Assembly: GCA_043812915.1 (NCBI GenBank)
Contig: JBDRLQ010000004.1
Span: 949 to 64,948, forward strand
DNA from: Candidatus Micrarchaeota archaeon
GTDB lineage: Archaea > Micrarchaeota > Micrarchaeia > Anstonellales > Bilamarchaeaceae
Reading direction: 5' to 3'
DNA length: 64,000 nt
The notes under the pieces: model-generated
The model's input: only the letters and a program-made list of their open reading frames with translations
Database searches by the model: none
What the model was told of the DNA's origin: nothing
Shown: positions 63,107 to 64,000 of the stretch, in pieces
How positions within the stretch are numbered: position 1 is the first letter of the stretch
How the letters are laid out: each line of letters begins with the position of its first letter
Made by a program: the position numbers and the translations under genes

Positions 63107-64000
63107 ATGGATGTGCGAGAGATGCACCTCTACTCTGCGAAAGTGGGGGATGAGGACATAAAGAACTTCTTCAATCTGGTAGTGAAAGCCAAGTTTCCGA
63201 TACTGGGCTTCATATCATTCTCAGATATATTCTCGCCAAATGCCCTTGGCCTGGTCCTGAAGCGGAAGGAGAACACACTCAAGATTTTTGTCAAAGATAA
63301 GCCGTGCCTCAAAAATCTGTCAGCCTTGATATTCCCGTTCAGGATGTGCGAGGCAACTAGACTTGAAAGGTCGGCAGGCTCGTTCTTCCCGTTCCCGAAA
63401 TTCTATTTCATAGGAGGCGGGAGGCACGATGCCCTTGATTTCATCCTCAAGGCGGATATTGAGGAGATTTCAATCGGGATAACCAAAGTACTGGGAAGGT
63501 TCATCGGAATCGGCAGCGTCACGAATACAAATGGAAAGAAGGGCATTACGATAATCTTCAGCCCTCAGAAGTTCTTCAGGATTGACCTTGAGAAGAACCC
63601 TTCCATCTATGTTGAGCTCCTGGAGCCGTTGCCCAAGAAGATGCACATGAGCTCAAAATACCCGGTATTCGAGGAAACCGGGATGAGCCTCGGCACTGAC
63701 AACTACGACCCGCTCCAGCACAGCCTTATAGTCGGAACTTCGGGAGCCGGAAAGAGCAAGGGACTGTACATCCTGCTAAAAGCGATAGAGGCCAGGTTCA
63801 GGGACAACACCCGGACTGTCATAATAGATCCTCATGGCGAGTTCGCCCACATGATGCCGCACTCAGGAATCATCGACTTCATAAAGAACTATGTGGAGCC
63901 CCTGGATGTCGGGCAGGAGAAATCGCCGATGCTCACCCAATTGATAGCGCAGCTTATATCGTCAGCAATAGGCAAGGAGAATAAATATTCAGAGAGGGTG
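63107..64000 (+). CDS. HerA/VirB4-like (DUF87-type) P-loop ATPase, N-terminal part (3' end outside window)
   Basis: Not in the ORF track because it runs off the window. Frame is open from the TAA at 63077-63079, with ATG at 63107. Walker A HSLIVGTSGAGKSKG followed by VIIDPHGEF, as in HerA/VirB4-type ATPases. Confidence 0.7.
   Translation, partial: MDVREMHLYSAKVGDEDIKNFFNLVVKAKFPILGFISFSDIFSPNALGLVLKRKENTLKIFVKDKPCLKNLSALIFPFRMCEATRLERSAGSFFPFPKFYFIGGGRHDALDFILKADIEEISIGITKVLGRFIGIGSVTNTNGKKGITIIFSPQKFFRIDLEKNPSIYVELLEPLPKKMHMSSKYPVFEETGMSLGTDNYDPLQHSLIVGTSGAGKSKGLYILLKAIEARFRDNTRTVIIDPHGEFAHMMPHSGIIDFIKNYVEPLDVGQEKSPMLTQLIAQLISSAIGKENKYSERV

Noticed and set aside
1-64000. Search for CRISPR arrays, IS/transposase genes, integrases, rRNA genes and prophage-like blocks
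   Set aside because: I saw no regularly spaced direct repeats, no DDE/tyrosine-recombinase-like translations and no rRNA-like sequence. The only hint of a mobile or accessory system is the HerA/VirB4-like ATPase at the window edge.

Overview
This window is a densely coding archaeal chromosomal fragment. Coding regions look moderately GC-rich by eye, and the short AT-rich spacers carry TTTATAAA/TTTAAATA-type TATA boxes. I saw no rRNA, CRISPR array or recognisable transposase. Archaeal identity rests on two ribosomal-protein clusters (L3-L4-L23-L2-S19-L22-S3-L29-aSUI1 at 10.3-15.5 kb and L18e-L13-S9-RpoN...S2 at 56.3-59.4 kb), L11, aRF1, Orc1/Cdc6, RNase P proteins Rpp29 and Rpp21, an NMD3-like protein, and ether-lipid/isoprenoid genes (UbiA-type DGGGP synthase, GGPP synthase, type-2 IPP isomerase). 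Housekeeping genes include the SMC C-terminus, NMN adenylyltransferase, agmatinase, GlmS, GlnA with a divergent Lrp regulator, a DegT-type aminotransferase, a YjeF-N epimerase, a beta-carbonic anhydrase and a CDA-type deaminase. RNA genes: tRNA-Lys(UUU), an intron-containing tRNA-Cys(GCA) with a readable bulge-helix-bulge, and an atypical tRNA-Pro(GGG) whose 3' acceptor strand lies ~75 nt further downstream than expected. Two GC-rich, stop-codon-filled, hairpin-rich spacers (55.1-55.4 kb and 58.08-58.26 kb) look like unassigned ncRNA genes. Most unusual content: (1) two tandem paralogous genes encoding a fold-type-II PLP enzyme domain, one TM helix and canonical EF-hand loops (59.5-62.9 kb), next to a HerA/VirB4-like ATPase that runs off the window; (2) a RelA/SpoT-homologue with a TGS-like tail; (3) a protein made of about seven Myb/SANT-like repeats; (4) two paralogous HExxH lipoproteins; (5) a canonical beta-CA, a HEAT protein and a divergent tandem beta-CA-like protein in one locus; (6) long K/E/A/P-rich or RGG low-complexity extensions on uL22, uS9, uS2 and uS3. 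All functional calls come from reading motifs in the supplied translations, with no database search. Start codons were refined by eye using ATG position and GGTG-like Shine-Dalgarno motifs. CDS ends include the stop codon, as in the ORF track.
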